A DNA stretch of 64,000 nt from Spirochaetia bacterium. GTDB lineage: Bacteria > Spirochaetota > Spirochaetia > SZUA-6 > Bin103. The stretch lies in NCBI GenBank assembly GCA_965208575.1, contig CBDBOV010000003.1:32001-96000 (forward strand). Reading direction: 5' to 3'. The first letter of the stretch is position 1, and each line of letters opens with the position of its first letter. The notes below the pieces were generated by a model. That model was not told the DNA's origin, made no database searches, and saw only the letters and a list, made by a program, of their open reading frames with translations. This document shows positions 62,871-64,000 of the stretch, one piece after another. The position numbers and the translations under genes were made by a program.

Positions 62871-64000
62871 ATGGCTTCCCGACCTCCGAACGTGCTGATC
62901 TTCTTTGCCGACGACCAGCGCTTCGACACCATCCGCGCCCTCGGCAACCCGGACATACACACTCCCAACCTGGACTGGCTGGTGCGCGAGGGCACGGCGT
63001 TCACCCGCGCCCACATCATGGGCGGCACCGTGGCGGCGGTGTGCATGCCGAGCCGCGCCATGCTGATGACCGGGCGCACCCTGTTCCACCTGCAGGACTC
63101 GGGCGAGACTATCCCCGACGAGCACGTCATGCTGCCCGAGCTGCTGCGCGGCGCCGGCTACGACACCTTCGGCACCGGCAAGTGGCACAACGGGCCGGCC
63201 TCCTACGCGCGCTGCTTCTCGCACGGCGACCAGATCTTCTTCGGCGGCATGGACGACCACTGGAACGTGCCGGTGTGCCGCTTCGATCCCACCGGCGCCT
63301 ATCCCGAGCCGCGCCCGCATCCGTTCGACCCCGGCACCGGCACCGTGCAGATGCTGGGCAAGCGCTTCGACGGGGTGGCCAGCGGCACCCACTCGTCGGA
63401 GCTGTTCGCCGACGCCACCATCGAGTTCCTGCATGGACGCGCCGGCTCGGGGGCGCGCGCCCGCGCCGGCGGCGACGGCTGCGCGCCGTTCCTGGCCTAC
63501 CTGTCGTTCATGGCGCCGCACGACCCGCGCACCATGCCGCAGCGGTTCCTGACCATGTACGACCCGGACCGCATCCCGCTGCCGGACGCGTTTCTGCCCG
63601 AGCATCCGTTCGACCTCGGCTGGCGAGGGCGCGACGAGCTGCTGGAGCGTTTCCCGCGCACGCCGGCCGCCATCCGCCGCCACATCGCCGAGTACTACGC
63701 CATGATCAGCCACCTGGACGCCGAGATGGGCCGCGTGATCGACGCGCTGCGCACTACCGGGGAGCTGGACAACACCATCATCGTGTTCGCCGGCGACAAC
63801 GGGCTGGCGCTCGGCCAGCACGGCCTGATGGGCAAGCAGAGCACCTACGACCACAGCGTGCACGTACCGTTGCTGATGGCCGGACCGGGCATCCCGCGCG
63901 GCGAGCGGCGCGAGGCGCTGTGCTACCTGCTCGACATCCATCCCACGCTGTGCGGGATGCTCGGCGTGGCGGCGCCGCCGTCGGTCGAGGGGCGCAGCCT
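62871..64000 (+). CDS. Sulfatase (runs off the window; absent from the ORF track)
   Basis: NVLIFFADDQR, VCMPSRAMLMTG (CxPxR), GKWH and GDNG motifs. Confidence 0.92.
   Translation, partial: MASRPPNVLIFFADDQRFDTIRALGNPDIHTPNLDWLVREGTAFTRAHIMGGTVAAVCMPSRAMLMTGRTLFHLQDSGETIPDEHVMLPELLRGAGYDTFGTGKWHNGPASYARCFSHGDQIFFGGMDDHWNVPVCRFDPTGAYPEPRPHPFDPGTGTVQMLGKRFDGVASGTHSSELFADATIEFLHGRAGSGARARAGGDGCAPFLAYLSFMAPHDPRTMPQRFLTMYDPDRIPLPDAFLPEHPFDLGWRGRDELLERFPRTPAAIRRHIAEYYAMISHLDAEMGRVIDALRTTGELDNTIIVFAGDNGLALGQHGLMGKQSTYDHSVHVPLLMAGPGIPRGERREALCYLLDIHPTLCGMLGVAAPPSVEGRS

Overview
High-GC bacterial window; the N-termini of the solute-binding proteins (SBPs) suggest a spirochaete, which is inference only. 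1-18.3 kb is a visibly lower-GC, Wzx/Wzy-type surface-polysaccharide locus on both strands. It holds seven GT4-type glycosyltransferases, several NDP-sugar enzymes and a decayed wbpP-like pseudogene, and ends at a complete IS with inverted repeats and an 8-bp target duplication. 19.8-29.2 kb is the most unusual part: three ~99%-identical orphan family-5 ABC SBP genes in tandem. Each has its own promoter and is followed by a different nuclease/toxin-antitoxin cargo (NYN remnant; MNT-like + HEPN; ABC-ATPase + PD-(D/E)XK). Two copies carry the same 20-bp frameshifting duplication. The rest is mostly core/metabolic: HNH nuclease, aminopeptidase, rhamnose genes, alaS, a hicBA-like islet with a frameshifted toxin, rpmB, mog, transporters, xth, aapJQMP, a SNF2 helicase, GH32 and a sulfatase. 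An IS110 element here has a non-coding end containing exact matches to its own reconstructed target and donor sites (bridge-RNA candidate). No rRNA, tRNA or CRISPR array was seen. All calls come from reading motifs by eye; no database search was run.
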